From assembly GCF_037042905.1 (NCBI RefSeq), contig NC_087245.1, positions 18,788,001-18,852,000 of the forward strand: a DNA stretch of 64,000 nt, given 5' to 3'. Under the pieces are notes generated by a model. The model ran no database searches. It was not told where the DNA came from and saw only the letters and a program-made list of their open reading frames with translations. Positions 25,901 through 41,377 of the stretch are shown here, piece after piece. Position 1 is the first letter of the stretch. Each line of letters opens with the position of its first letter. The stretch comes from Lytechinus pictus (lineage: Eukaryota). The translations under genes and the position numbers were made by a program.

Positions 25901-28900
25901 CCTAGTTTCATGAGAGAAACAAATACACAAAAGGGAAGAAAAAGAAAACAATCATCAAATAACAGGAAAGAAAGAGAGAGGGTGAATCCAACAAACCTGA
26001 TCTGCTTTAAACTGATCTCCACCAAAGGCTGACACACAGGGCTTGATCCCACCAGTTCCCAGACCTATCAGTAATAGGCCTATCATAGGACCAACTCTGA
26101 CAGGTAGTGATAAAATGAGCATGGAAAAATCCATTAAACATTACCATTTGCAAAATCATTGTGGCACTAAAAGGGCTGACAGCATATCTTTTAAAACGGT
26201 TTATTACATGAATCTTATTTCAATTTACATGAATCTTATTTCAATCTCTATGGCAGAGTGATAACAAAGATCTATTGTGTGTGAAATTAAAAATTATTTA
26301 CAATTACTAAACATCATACAAATGTACAGAAATTATGGAATAAATGCCCTTTAACTTGAAGAGAAAATCATATTGATATGGATAGACTGATTGAACATTC
26401 ATGATTTCTACTTGAATAAAAAAATACACTGAAAATAACCACACAATCATACACTTATTACAATTAATGTATCTACAAAGCTCAATAATGTGAGCTGTAA
26501 CATAAAAATATTTATTTTGGATTAAAAAAGAATCCTAAAAAATTTGCAATTTATTTTCAATAGAACATATATCTACACTACACATTACAAGGAACTAAAA
26601 AAATTCAATATGCAGGAAATATGTGAGTTCAAAATGAGAAATTTTTATAAAATCTTACTGGTAGGCATGTATGCAATAGTATTCAAATACTTTGAAGGAC
26701 ATATGTTTGTACTATATACTTTCTCAGGATTCCATTTTAAGTTGTACTGTATCACCGAGGTTACTTACAATTCAGGATTGCCTGTCGTCTGGGGAGGTAG
26801 CGCAGTGAAGCACATGACTGCATTGCCCAGCATGTAGATCTGAGCAATATAGACAATAGTTCTGGAACATAGAGAAATAAGAGTTTGTTATATATATATA
26901 GTTTGATATAATTAGTATATATTTTGGTTACATAATTGCATAAGTATGTTTAAGTAAGCAACTGGAGAATAAATGCATTTGAGATATGAGCGACCGAGTG
27001 ATTGATAGATTCATAATTCAGACATTCTCGAATATGTTTTTTGTTCATGCTATATGCGATACAAAATCTAATATGTTGCTTTGCAAAATTTGTAGGAATT
27101 GTACACAATAAAACGAAATCAAACAAACTATCATTTTTATTCATTTTTTTCACAGTAATTACACAAATCAGAGTGTTCCAAGAAGCAGACATGTTAGAGG
27201 GCAATCAATGTACATACATGCATTAATCATGATAAATCAATGTTTTTCAATGATCTCATACACATGTTTCCTAACGTTATGCCCTCCACTGCAAAGTCAT
27301 CTGTGAACTGTATACACACAACACCATTGTTAATGAGGCCTACATGTACAATTCCTTTTGGGTCAATAACTTCTTCCTAGATAGTACACTGGCAGGTGAA
27401 AAATTTAAAAATCAAAGAAAATATTTAACTGAACAAGGAACCCCCACTGCAGACAAATGTAAGGATTAATCAGTAGGACTATAGCAATGAGATATCAGAA
27501 AAACTGTAATGTTTGACGAAGGCTTGTTATCACATAGAATAGGAGTGAAACACTGTGATTAATTCAGGGTGTTGATTTGTAAAGCAATTTCTCACAATAC
27601 ACCTGTGCATATGATGTCATAATCTCATAGCGCCCTCTCTCAGAGGATATAGGAAAGTGTGTAAACGGAGTAGTCAGAGATGTGCAGATTACTAATGGCA
27701 ATCGCATCAGCCTCTAAGACGATGGCACAATGTCTTCAATGCACCAGGTCTATAAACATGATGGAACAAGATCATAATATGGGTGCAACTTGCAGGGGAG
27801 CAATTTAAATTGTGAATATTGGATGGCATCTATTGGGTACTCACTTGTACTTTCCCAGCCAACCATCAGCTATCATTGCACCAATGATTGGAGAGAAGTA
27901 GCACAGCATGTTGAAGGAATGGAAGATCACTGTCGATGTATTATCACCAAGGAGCAGAATGTTTGTCAGATATAGAACCAAGATGGCTACAAAAAAATCA
28001 AAAAGAAAAATCACTCTTATCAGTGGTTTAAGGATAAACATTACAAGTACAACACTGACCTAAAGTAGAATGTTTGGGAGGCACTGTGATTAAAAGATGA
28101 AGATGAAGAGCAGAATAGATGATTGAGGAAGAAAGCTAAATAGAAGAAAAGAAGAAGATACGTGGAGCTGAAAAACTTGAATGAAAAAGAAGAGAAGGGG
28201 AATCAGAAGACAAATATAAAAAAGAGGGAAAAGAAGATAAGAAGAGGGAAGAAGCAAAAGATAATGAAAGAAAAGAAGATGAAGAAGTAGAATGGAGCAG
28301 AAGAAAAGAAGAACAGGAGAGAAACAGACAGGATAAGAAGAGGATGATCAAAGAAAAAGAAGAAAGATAAGACGTAAGAAAAAAGAAAGGCCAAGTTAAA
28401 AAAAAAAGAAGATACAAATGATGAAGAAGTGAAGAAAGACACCCCCAAATATGGTGATGATCACTTTTTAGTTTTAACATCACTTTTAACATAGAAAGAA
28501 GAGAGGATGTTGTGTATATTAGACTGATAACATTCTTGTATGGAATGACTGATTGTCCGCTATAACATCAGGGGTGATACTGATACTTCATAAAGAACGC
28601 TAAATGAATGGATAATGGAAGAGGATAGTGATAAGAGAAATCAAGAACTTCCAGAAGATAAAAAAATGGGAAAGAATTTACAATAAAAGAAGAAACCAAC
28701 AGTTTCACTTTGAATATTACCTTTCATGCCATAGAAGGAGAACCTCTCGCAGAACTCTGTTCCTACAATGAAGAACACACTCTTTGGAAACCCTGATTGG
28801 CCCGTCACAAATTTCTGTGGACAAATAAGCAAAAACTAATTGAAAACACATTCACTTAGAAATAATTTCCTGTACAAACAATTTCTCAATGATCATAAAG

Positions 28901-31900
28901 TCATATTTTTCTTGGATAGCATGTTATTCGTAATGTTGAATCATCAGTAAAAGTGACTACAAAACTTCAAGCTGGCCAATATCATTTTGACTTGCATGCG
29001 AATCATGTTCATCATATGAAATATGAAATAAAATAATCAGAATTGCTGTTTGAATTTTCTTTGAATTGATTGCAAATCTTTGAAATACAAGGTCCAGGAC
29101 TAAAACATTTAGTTACCTTTACTCGACCCCATCCTTTGCCACTGATAGCTTGTTCCTGAGGGCGATCAATCAAAGAGCTCCCTGAAATGATACAAATTTT
29201 TTTTTAAATAAAAGCGGTTGTCGCTCTGATAATTGCAGGTACTCTGATAATGAATGAATAAATGCATGATTGAAGAATTAACACAAACATATTGCACATA
29301 CAAGTATATGATACATAAATTATCCACAAAAATGAATGAATATATGATCTATAAAAATGAAGTGTGAAAGCCCACAATTGAAAAAGTACACCTGTATGTA
29401 ACTAAAGATTTTTTTTCTTTTAACAATATATGTATTCTATTTGTGTGGTAGTAGTAGTTTTGGCGGTGGTAGTAGTATTAAAATAGCAGAAGTTGTGGTA
29501 GTAGTTACATGGTAGTATAAATAGAGTAGTAGTAATAATAGTAGAAGTAGTGGTAGTAGTAGTAATAGTAACAGTTGTAGAAGAAATAGTATACACAATA
29601 TAACATTTGTACAAAGACAATGGTGAAAGTAAGTTAGAGAGGAAGGGAAATAAGGAGAAGATGAAGAAGAAGGGGAAGAAGAAGGGAAGAAGAAGAAGAA
29701 GGGGAAGAAGAAGGGGAAGAAGAAGATGAGGAGGAAGAAGAAGAAGAAGCAGAAGAAGAAGAAGATAAAGAAGATCAATGAGGAGAGAAGAAATAGGAGT
29801 AGGAGGAAGAATAAGGAAAAAAGAAGGAACAAAAAGAATTTGACATCATTGTTTCACGACTACCACTGGCATTCATGGCAGCAATCCCTCTCAAGGATGA
29901 ATATAATGTTTTACCAAAAGACATTGGTTGGTATTCTCCAAGCATTGACCAATTGTAAAGTCAACCCTGTACAATACATATATCATAATAATATTGAAAT
30001 ACTTTACATGAACAATCACCACAAATTAATTATAACTGTCTGCAATCACTTTAATACCCCTAAAATTCATAATGCATGTGGATGATGATAAAATGTCTGT
30101 ATACTGCTATAACACCCCCCCCCCCCCCATCCTAGTATATGTGGAAAATATTCATCATTAAATTTCAAACACAATAAATGTAGAAGAAATAGTATACATA
30201 ATATAACATTTGTACAAAGACAATGGTGAAATGAAGTTAGAGAGGAAGGGAAATAAGGAGAAGATGAAGAAGAAGGGGAAGAAGAAGAAGGGGAGGAAGG
30301 GGAAGAAGAATAACAAGAACAAGAAGAACAACAACAAGAACAAGAAGAAGAACAAGAACAATAAGAACAAGAAGAAGAAGAGGAAGAAGATAAAGAAGAT
30401 CAAAGAGGAGAGAAGAAATAGGAGAAGGAGGAAGAATAAGGACAAAAAAGAAGGAACAAAAAGAATTTGACATCATTGTGTCACGACTACCACTGGCATT
30501 CATGGCAGCAATCCCTCTCAAGGATGAATATAATGTTTTACCAAAAGACATTGGTTGGTATTCTCAGAGCCTTGATCAATTATCAAGTCAACCCTGTACA
30601 ATACATGTATATCCACTTATATGGATTGCCAGTTTAGTTGTTTACCCATTTATCAAGTACATATCAGTTTCATATAGCAGTGAAAAGTTTTCCCAAAAAT
30701 AATTTTCATCACTAAAATGGGAAGAAATATGGAAATGGGTATGCCAAGATACAATTAATTTTCATGAACTCTGTTATTTCATCTCTTTAAAATCAATTTT
30801 GGATGGAGATGAAGCTTAGAATTCCATGGTAGTATGGACTAGAATCTTTGCTCAGTCTGCAGTTCAGTTAAAACTAGGTTTAATTATGGAATATCATCCA
30901 CTTTAATCACCGATGCGAAACTCAATCCAGTTGATCAACAGCCCCTGAAATTTTGACTTGACTGTCATAACTCCTGGAGATACAGGATGCAATATCTGAG
31001 AGATGTCTTAACATCATTTGTGATTTCATGTCATAAAGAGAAGTGGAACAGGACACCATTTCAGTATGTAGGGTGTATTATCTAAAGCAGCAAAATTTTC
31101 AAAAGGGATATTTGATTGAGCAATAGGGGAAAAATATGAGGGTATGAGGAGAAAGAGTGGGTAATATGATTCCATAGAATAGAGAGGGGGAAATGTGTAA
31201 GAATACCCAGTTTAGGGTATGAAAACAATATTTTTTTATCCTAGTAATTTTCTGATGATGAGATGCACCAATGATGTATTGAGCACATTGTGACATATGC
31301 TAGATCTATCAAATTCATAAAACAAAATTCAGGTACATGTATTTAGCATTTATTTTAAGAAGTTCAAATTGATCATGAATAATCAAGGATAGGGTTTATG
31401 GGAGGGAAGCTTCCTGGGGGCCGTTTCATAAAGCTGCTCATAAGTTAAGAGCGACTTTAAGAACGACTGGTGATCCTTTCTTGTGGTAAATAATATGTTC
31501 ATTAGTGATTACTTAGCATCTAAGAAATGTTCACCAGTCGTTCTTAAAGTCGCTCTTAACTTACAAACAGCTTTATAAAACACCCACCAGGGCTGGGAAG
31601 GGATGTTGGGGGCGGTTGGGGTGGGAGGGTGTATGATTCTTTTTCATACTCATTCAGTTTCCTTTGATTCGATTGCTTTGCTGTAAATTCATTTTATGTT
31701 ATATTCTGTATTTTTAGACTAGGTATTTACCTAGTTCTTGATAATTTTAATGTTATATTCTGTAACTTTTGTAACTTATGGTATGCTTTTGCTCAATAGC
31801 AATTATGTTATGTTACTTTTGGGGGGGTAATATTCTATCAGAATATGTATATGTGTATATGTTTTTTAACTGAATTATCAACTCAATAAAGACTATTAAA

Positions 31901-34900
31901 AATGTGAAATAAATACATATCACTGTCAATCCAACATGTTCTGTGTTTCAAATAGCATCTAGTATTTCACCTAACACTTAACTCGGGGGAACAGGCAGTG
32001 AAATCGAAAAAAATGTTATTCCCTTGTCCTCAAATGTGCAAAATTGAGAAGTATCAAAAACATTTTCCATTATCTGCCTAAAACCAAAAATGTTGACAAA
32101 GAAAAAAATGCTGGTGGCAGTAGTAATTTTCAAGCATACAAAGATGGATCTCTCTGTAGGAATTTAAATTGACATGTACTGGCTAGTACGGTAAGCTCAA
32201 ATATCACAGCAAGTGGTTTACTCAAGCATGAATTTTGTTACTGTGCATGTACATGTATATTGATAGCACTCATAGACATTCACTATAATATGAGTTAACA
32301 ATATCACAAATATATATTCACTATTTTCTCAAACTCATTACAGAAATTTAAGAGATGTTTTTTCAAGACTTTGATGTTGTTTTTACATGTACAAGTATAC
32401 ATGAGTGGACAATTTGATGTTGGACATGGCAAATTACAATATACAGTACTAAATATGCATATTGTTATTTCAATTTTTTAGACAGCAATGACACAATGCA
32501 TTCAATCTTAAAAGAATTTGAAAACATTTAGCTCTACAAGAAAACAATGTACTAAAAGTCAATCAGCAAACAACATTAATAACAATAATTGTAAATCAAT
32601 ATGATATGGTGTTTGTGATGTTTATTACAACCTGTATGTTAAAGACTATTCAGGCTCAGCATTCAGTATTTTTCATGAATCGGAGCTAATTAAGATTAAA
32701 AAAACATGTATAATATCCAGTACAGTGGTGCTCAAAAGTCAGTGAACCCCACTAAAAGAAAAAAATATTTTTGAGTCATCAAGTTCTGTCATGTTTTACA
32801 TATTAAATTGTGATTTCTCTGGGCTTACAGAACGTTGTAATGTTGTTGTTTATGTTCAACACTCAGCATAAAAGAGGGCAATATGTGAAGGGCTTCACTT
32901 ACTTTTGAACACATCTGAATTTACTAATAATGTAGTTTTAAAGGCAAAGGGTATAACTTTTGATTTCAGGTCAAAATTTCAAATTTATTTTTAATAAACA
33001 TATCAACATGTCAAATTTTTAAATTACTCATTTCTAAAGCTTAAACTACATGTAAAAGGGGAACCTATAAAAAATTGTTGATTTATGGAAATCATTCTTT
33101 TGATTTTTACTGCTAAAATTATCATTTTTTCCCAGAAATACATAATTGATTTGTCCTTCATGATTCAATAATCTAATGTACTTTGAGGTGTAAAAGGTAG
33201 TGGTTTTTGTCAAATATTCAAGGTCATTCATTAACTTCAATGTGTTTTTAAAATTCATGACAAAATTTGATTTTTACAGTATGTTAGGGATCTCTTCTAA
33301 AGAGGGAGAGGGAGGTAATCTTTACTACTTCGTGAGGGCCAATTACCCCCAGAAATCAGATTTCAAATAAGAAAGTTTCAAATTTCTTATTTTGTTTTGG
33401 AAAGTTTCAGTTTACAATAGTGTGTGTTTCAGAGACTTCAGTCATGTTAACATTAAAGTCAATAATTTTTTGAAGAAATCTATCTTTAAGATGGCATATT
33501 TAAAGGGGTTTGAGGTTAAAGATATCAATAAAAAAAAATTTAATGCAACAAAAAAATAAAAAAATAAGAATACAATTCTACTAGTTCATGAAACAACGAA
33601 CGATATAAGTCTAAAGACATACGGTGTATTTTATATGTATCTTTGTATATTAAATTGTACACATATGATTACACAGTTCTCCATTACAAATTACATTAAC
33701 ATAACAATTAAAAATGAACAAATGTTAGTCAAACCACAACCATGCAAAGAGAAGCAAACTAAAGCCTCATGATCGTAATAATGATACAAAACCAAATTCA
33801 CCAGAAAACATAAATCTTGGGCATGCCCCCCCCCCCCTCCCCTTCAGTAAACACAATTGTCATTACTCATTAGCCCTAAGTACAGAAAGAACTGAAGCAT
33901 GCATCAAAACATCTTTTACATTTACTGAAGCAATGGTGTATAAATGTTGCAGGACAAAGTAGGAAAGAAGCATGCATGATATAAAATGATAAAGAGATTG
34001 GAATAATGAAGGAAAATGAAAGGGTGACAAATACTAATAAAAGCTTGCACCACTGTATCTGAATAAATGAATTTAAGAAATTGGTAACGCATAAGTAGAT
34101 AACGAAGTAAACAAATATTATTACTTCAATATTATCTCAAGCAGTAAAATGATAAAAATAATAATGACTAGGATTCCCACACCTAAAGTACAAGTAATGC
34201 CATACACATGTCTAAAACCTTAAAAAGCTGCTCTATGCAACTTAAGAAAACTATTTCAAGAGCAAAGGATATAACAACTTGGGACAACGAAAGAAAAGCA
34301 TGTCTGAAACCATAAAAAAATGAATTAGTCAAATGAAGACAATTATTTACAGAGCAAGTTAGGCAACATAACACCATGAACATGCAACTACGGACAAAAT
34401 TTACAGCAAGCAGTACCTGCGGTAGGTCTTTTATAAGCTGCGCTTGAATATGGTGACTCGGTGTGCGTAGTACCATCTTCCAGCGTTTGAGGATCCATCA
34501 TAAAAGGAACTAACTCGTCTTCAGCAATAAAATCAGTCATCTGCTAGGAAGCGACAGAAAGACCATGTTCAGTTACCTCCAAGTTTCCCATTATCATGAA
34601 AATGTAACAGCAATTTAGTGTATTTATTACTTATTTATTCAGACCTTTCAAGAATACATTATAATGAAAAAAATATGTATATGTAATACAAATCATTCAA
34701 GTGCAAGATCGACCTGAATTTAAGATTGTTTATGTAAATACCCAGGCAAAATATTTCAAGCAAGAATTTTTTTTAAAGACTTTTGTTACAAAGATGGAAA
34801 GATATGCACAATGGTTAGGCCTCATATCGAGCCAATTCAAAATTTAACTTAAAATTCCACTATAGACCAACAATCTATGTTAAATTAATCATTCTCTAGT

Positions 34901-37900
34901 GCATAGATGTTTCTAAAAGGATTCATTATGAAAATTAATAGAAAAGGATGAAAGCAATAATATGTTGGGAGGATTTGGGGATTGAAGCAAAAACAAAATT
35001 ATATTTATTGCAGCAGCTTCTGAATGGTGTTATTGAAGTAGATCTGTAATGATATAGAGACAGAAATATAACAGATGTCTAGAGTTAGTAATGACAAGAG
35101 TTTAAGTGAATGGAGGTAAAATGTTAGTGCAAAAGGAAAAAGGGTATATCATTGGAATACCAATTCACATATATCTACAAGTAAGTTTTTAACTTGAACA
35201 TAATATATTCCTAACAGAAGTAATAAAACTGATTATTTTTACAATACTAATTTATAAAAATAATTATGGAGGTTCGATACAAATATTTGGATCAGAACTC
35301 AACTATTCCATGACAATTAATAGAAATAACAATTACAACTGAATTAATACCAGTTCATATTATATTCATACTCTATCATATAGTGCACAGTCTTCGATAT
35401 GGGCAAAATTTACTTTCTGAAAATTTAGCATTTTTGTTTAGTTAATACCAATCATGATTTTCTTAAGCCTTTATGATAAGAATTACCAGAAAAAATGACC
35501 AATATTCCATCATATAGGATGCTATTGAAGCAATAATGAAATACATCAATGATAAAATACTAGTGATTTTCTTTAAGATAATGACTGCTCGATCCTCCCT
35601 CCCATAACAACTAATCCCTACAAATGCTTGAGAAACAAAACTTCCCACATAATACATTGTATGGAAAAAGATGTTTTAGGTCTGTACCTCAAGACTACCT
35701 AACAATGAACCTGAATTAAACCATTCTGGATTTGTAATTGATTAGAAAATGCTGACACTCAGGCGATTAATTTCTTCTTTTCTATTTTTAATTTTCAAGT
35801 TTATCTTTTCTATTAGATATTCAATTATCAGATTGAATTATACTGAAATCACTGACATGTAATAGTGAATTACAGACACCCATATGGCAATCAAGTGATT
35901 TTAAATGAAAAAATAATATGGGTACCTTATTCTCATGCATGGTTTTCTGAGACTACCTCGACTTAATTTGGAAAATAATTGATACAGATCCCAAAGTCTT
36001 TAAAGGACAAGTCCACCCCAACAAAAAGTTGATTTGAATAAAAAAGAGAAAAATGCAACAAGCATTACACCAAAAAAATTCATCAAAATCAGATGCAAAA
36101 TAAAAAAGTTATGACATTCTAAAGTTTCCCTTAATTTCACAAAACAGACTAAGCACATCCTGGTTGCTTTGCAAATTGAGGGGACTGATGACGTCATCCA
36201 ATCACTATTTCTTTTGTATTTCATTGCATGAAATATTTTCACTTTCCCCACATTGTCATGTAAAACAAAGTTATATTCCACCCTGAACATGTAGAATTAC
36301 CACTGTTTTAACATTTTGCAGAACTTTTAGACAGGTTATTATTGTCAAATCTGTAATAACTGAAATATTGTATAATTCAAACAATAAAAAAAAGAAATAG
36401 TGGATAAGGGACATCATTGACCCACTCATTTGCATATCATTGAGATGTGCATTTAACTACTTTGTTGAAAATAACTTTACTATATTACATTCGATTTGGA
36501 TAAAATTTTCAGCATTATACTTCCTTGATTTTTCTCTATTGATTCAGATCAACAATTTTGGGGGATGAAGTTGACCTTTGAATCTAACAACCAATGAAAA
36601 AAAATTAATAAAGCAACTATTTTTTATTTGAAATAAACGTGTTTGAAAACAGCATTTTTATGATAAAAAGGTGTTGATGATTGAACACATCCTGAATCCT
36701 GTACCTTCTCACTATAAATCCCCTACTTCTATCATGGATCTAGTGTAGCTCCACGCTTCTGTCATGAATATTCCTCTGAGCTACTCAGATGTCCCTTGAG
36801 ATTTGACCGGGATTGTTTTCCCTTCTCCGCAATATACCTGTCACACTTAAGATATTAATCCTGACTCGTTGCCTCCAGACGAATAATGTATTCCCTGAAA
36901 ACTGCAGATAAACTCGCTTTCTAACGTCGCTTCAGCGATCTGATGTTACGCTATATCAACTCCTTCAGTGCCAATAGGGTTTGGTATTTGAAATGAAAAA
37001 AAAAATGAACAAGCATTTTGTTGACTTTCAAGCTTGAGCAAAATATATATTTTTCATTCTGTATTGCTCTTTAATAGAAATTAAAACAGAAACCTTCAAT
37101 TTCTCTTGCTCAGTCCAGGCTCAGCCAATAAGTAATAATTTCCTCCTAAAGACTTGTCAGATTTTGACATATCATTTGCCCTAAGCAATAACAAAGCAAG
37201 TGCTTTATGTAGCCTACTCTCCATTCAAGTACACAAATTGATCAAAATATATGGCAATCAATCATTTTGTCTACTAAACGTTTGGAGCTATCTGAGATAA
37301 AGATAAAATAAAGCATGGTACAGTACAGGTACATGCGGACAGTGAAATCTCCAACATGTTCCTTCATGGAACACAATATTTCTGCTTTGAATAAAAAAGT
37401 ATGTCCAGCGACTACAAACAAAAACCATAATTAATCACATGACCATTTACTATTGAATGGTACTTTAATAGATAGGCCTACCTCTCTTGATTTCATTGGC
37501 TACCGTACTATTAAATCTCAAAGCCAAAGCCATGTTAATTATGTTATGTAAAATTCAACACCATTCTGCACGTGCCGTCATAACACATCTCATATAATAA
37601 AAATTGGAAAATATCAATTCCAGGTTCAATAGCAACTGCCAGAAAACTCATCCATAAATAATTGTCAATTCAGTTTGTCCATGAATCTAGCCTACAAGAG
37701 GTGCCTACTGCATGTAGATCTACATGTACTACTGTATGTGTTAAAAGATCGATTCAACTTTTTTTTTCAGGAGCTCATCTACAGTGTGCTCCAAATTATT
37801 TTCTCATCTGAATGATAATCTATACTTTTAACAGCTCTATGTTTGATCTCTAGGGTTTTTTTTTCATAAAGAATTGGACTGGGAACTTCCAGAGAAACAA

Positions 37901-40900
37901 TATTAATTAAGCAATCATATAATTTTGAGTCTAACATAATTTATAGATCAAAGACTGCCAATTTAATGAAAATGAATCTACACGTGCATCTATGTCTTCA
38001 AAGTCATGATCCCACAAGAGTTAGGCCTAGAATAAAATAGGCCTATACATTTTCAAATAAAATAATTTCAGAATTGTGTAATTAACACTTATAAATTTGC
38101 ATGTTTAATTTATTTGTGTGTTTCATAATACACTGTACATGCACGCAAGTTGTGATATCACTCATACGTAATCCTGAGAAATTGGTCAAGCCCGGTGTAC
38201 TTAAAGGGGTACTGCGGGCTGAAAATATTTATATCCAAATAAAAATTCAAAGAGCAAAATGCTGAAAAATTTCATCAAACTCTGATAACAAATAGTGAAG
38301 TCATTGAATTTTAAAGTTTAGCAATATATTGTGAAAACAGTTTATGCACGTGACAGCACGTCATCATGAATATTCATTAATTAGGTGGGCTGATGATGTC
38401 ATATCCCCACTTCCCTTTGGCTTATGTTATTACATGAAATCATAATTTTTTCATTTATTCATACATGTGTAAATGATATATCTCCATTATTAAACAATGA
38501 AATAGGTTGCAACAATGAAATGCACTAAATCAGTCATCAATCCAATTTTTTTAGTTCTTAGAGTACAAAATTTGAATAAACCTAATTTCATATAATAAAT
38601 TACAAAAGAACAAGTGGGAGATATGTCATCATCAGTTTGCTCGTTGAATATGCCTATCTCATCTGTTTCACCGAAATAATGCAATTTTTTTATAAAATGC
38701 CATAACTTTGTAATTTTTCGTCCAATTTTGATCAAATTTTCAGTGTTTTGATTGTCTGATTTTTCTTTATCTGTTCAAATCATATGATTTTCAGCTTGGA
38801 GTACCATTTAACACCATGCATAAATCAGTAATTTCTCTTTAAAAGTGATTACAACCTCATTCAAACAATTCACTTTCCCTAAGATCTCACTAAGTTTCAA
38901 GTACTGCTTAATCCTTATTCTTCCGTGCTTCAGATTCATCATTCATTTAATGGGGCATTGCAAGAAACTTGAGATCAATTGCCAGTCTATATACGGTCAA
39001 TCTCATTTGTTTCACCGAAAAAATACAAATCATTAAAACGCCATAACTTTGTCCAATTTGGATCAGATTTTCAGTGTTTGATTGGCTGATTTTTCCTTAT
39101 CTTTTCAAATCATATGATTTTCAGCCAGGAGTACCCTTTTAACACCATGCATAAATCAGCATTTCTCTTTAAAATTGATTACAAACCTCATTCAAACAAT
39201 TCAGTTTGCATGAAAATAAAATCTCAAAAAGTTCCAAGAACTACTTAATCCTTATTCTTCCCCGTGCTTGAGATTCAGCATTCATTTAATGGGGCATTGC
39301 AAGAAACTTGCGATCAATTGCAAGTCTATTTATGTTCCTTAAATCAGAAAGTCAAAAAGGGGCCTAAGCTTTCGATCCTAGCAGAATCTTCGTCGGAGGC
39401 AAAATGACAAACATATAAAGTGGAACAACCATAATATAGACCACAAACAAGCTACAGCAACACTAGAAACAAGGAGACAAAAGGGGCATTAGTGAGTAGA
39501 GAAGACCAATCAGGTTCCTTAAATCAATCATAAGTCTTCCAATTAATTTCAAATTCGTTACTGATTGCTGTTCAAACTGCTTCTTGCAACAAGGAGTGTA
39601 CAGCTAAAATTTATCTATTAAAACGACAAGTCCACCCCAACAAAAAGCTGATTTGAATAGAAAGAGAAAAATCAAACAAGCATAACACTGAAAATTTCAT
39701 CAAAATGGATGTGAAATAAGAAAGTTATAACATTTTAAAGTTTTGCCTAATTTCTCAAAACAGTTATATGCACATCCTGTTTGGTATGCAAATGAGGGGA
39801 CCAATGACATCACCCACTCACTATTTCTTTTGTATTTTATTATATGAAATATTTTGATTTTCTCGTCATTGTCATGTGAAACATAGTTTCATTCCTCCCT
39901 GAACATGTGGAATTCCATTACCATATTTAAACATTTCGTGGTTCAGGCAAGGGGGTCCCAATTGTTAAATTCGTAAAAATTGAAATTTTGTTTAATTCAA
40001 ACAATAAAAAAACAAAAGAAATAGTGAGTGAGTGACATCATCAACTCTCTCATTTGCATATCACTGAGTTGAGCAGAACTGTTTTGTGAAAAATAAGCAA
40101 ACTTTAAAATGTTATAACTTTATTATTTTACATCCGATTTTGATGAAGTTTATTCGTGTTTGATTTTTCTCTATTCATTTAAATCAACTTCTTTCTGGGG
40201 TGGACTTGACCTTTGTTTAATTGCAACAGAAAATTTGCAATTGATTGCAAATATTTTCTTGCAACATTGTGGGCGTTATTGCATTTGTGGATGTAACACA
40301 GTCTTTCTCAAAATTCTTACTTGTGGCCCTTTCCATATTGTACATGTAGGTCTTAGGGAAAATTTGGTTGACCAGCAAGCCTCACTAACGATAATTTAAT
40401 GCACATATGAAGAGTGGTGCATGAAATATGAAACCATGAATTGAAATGATATTTTGCATCATTACATATACTGCAACTCATGTGTAAACATATAGCCCAC
40501 CCCATAAAATAGGGATGAAGATAATTGGGAGAAAATATTCTTTCAGGTGTTTCATGAAGCTGTTTCGTAAGTTAAGAGTGACTTTAAGAACGACTGGTTA
40601 TCCTTTCTTGTCGTAAATGGCATTGGGCTTGACACAGGTAAAAAATTTGACAAGCAAAAAAAAAATAAAAAAGTTATCTACCTAATTTTTAGGGGAGGAA
40701 CACCAAAATTTTTTGACAAGCAAAAAATAAAATAAGTTTAGGGGGGACAGGTCCCCCCATCCCCCCCGCTTCCGCCGCCTATGGTAAATGGTATGAATTG
40801 CTGATGGTTTACCATGTAAGGATTCACCAGTCGCTTTCAAAGTCTCTCTTAACTTACAAACAGCTTTATGAAATGGCCCCCAAGACATACATAGGCCCTA

Positions 40901-41346
40901 ATTCATGTGACAAGGGTTTTCTTTGAATTAAGATTTCTTTTATCAACTCACTCAGTATAATTCAATGTCAGGTATTAAATGTCATACTTGATCTTTCTGA
41001 AGGCCATTCCAAAGTTCTTTTATCATCAATTTTGTTAAAGTTATTGTGGCATCAGTGTCATTGCAATAATTTAATTAATAATTATCATCATTAAAATATC
41101 CATTACATTACAATATCATTACCATAAATAATTATTATATTATCCTAATAATTATCATTATAACTAGTAATTATGGTAATTGATATTAATGTAATCATTA
41201 TTTCTTCTATTATAATTATTAGTAGGCCCAAGTAGTGAATTATTATTTCTATTGTGATCATAATTATTAAATGTCATTAGTATTATCATACTATTGTTAT
41301 TATTATCATTATTATTATTATTATTGTTATTAATTATCATTATTAT

Positions 41347-41377
<31 letters not shown>

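Noticed and set aside
28136..30551. Long Lys-rich or Phe/Leu-rich ORFs
   Set aside because: Translations of GAA/CAA simple repeats inside introns
34720..35120. Possible decayed L1/Tx1 ORF2 C-terminal fragment
   Set aside because: Only vague peptide resemblance with many stops; not supportable without a search
36705..36840. Possible extra SLC15 exon (minus-strand AAG|gtacag donor)
   Set aside because: Stops in all frames near the donor; could only be non-coding and has no other support
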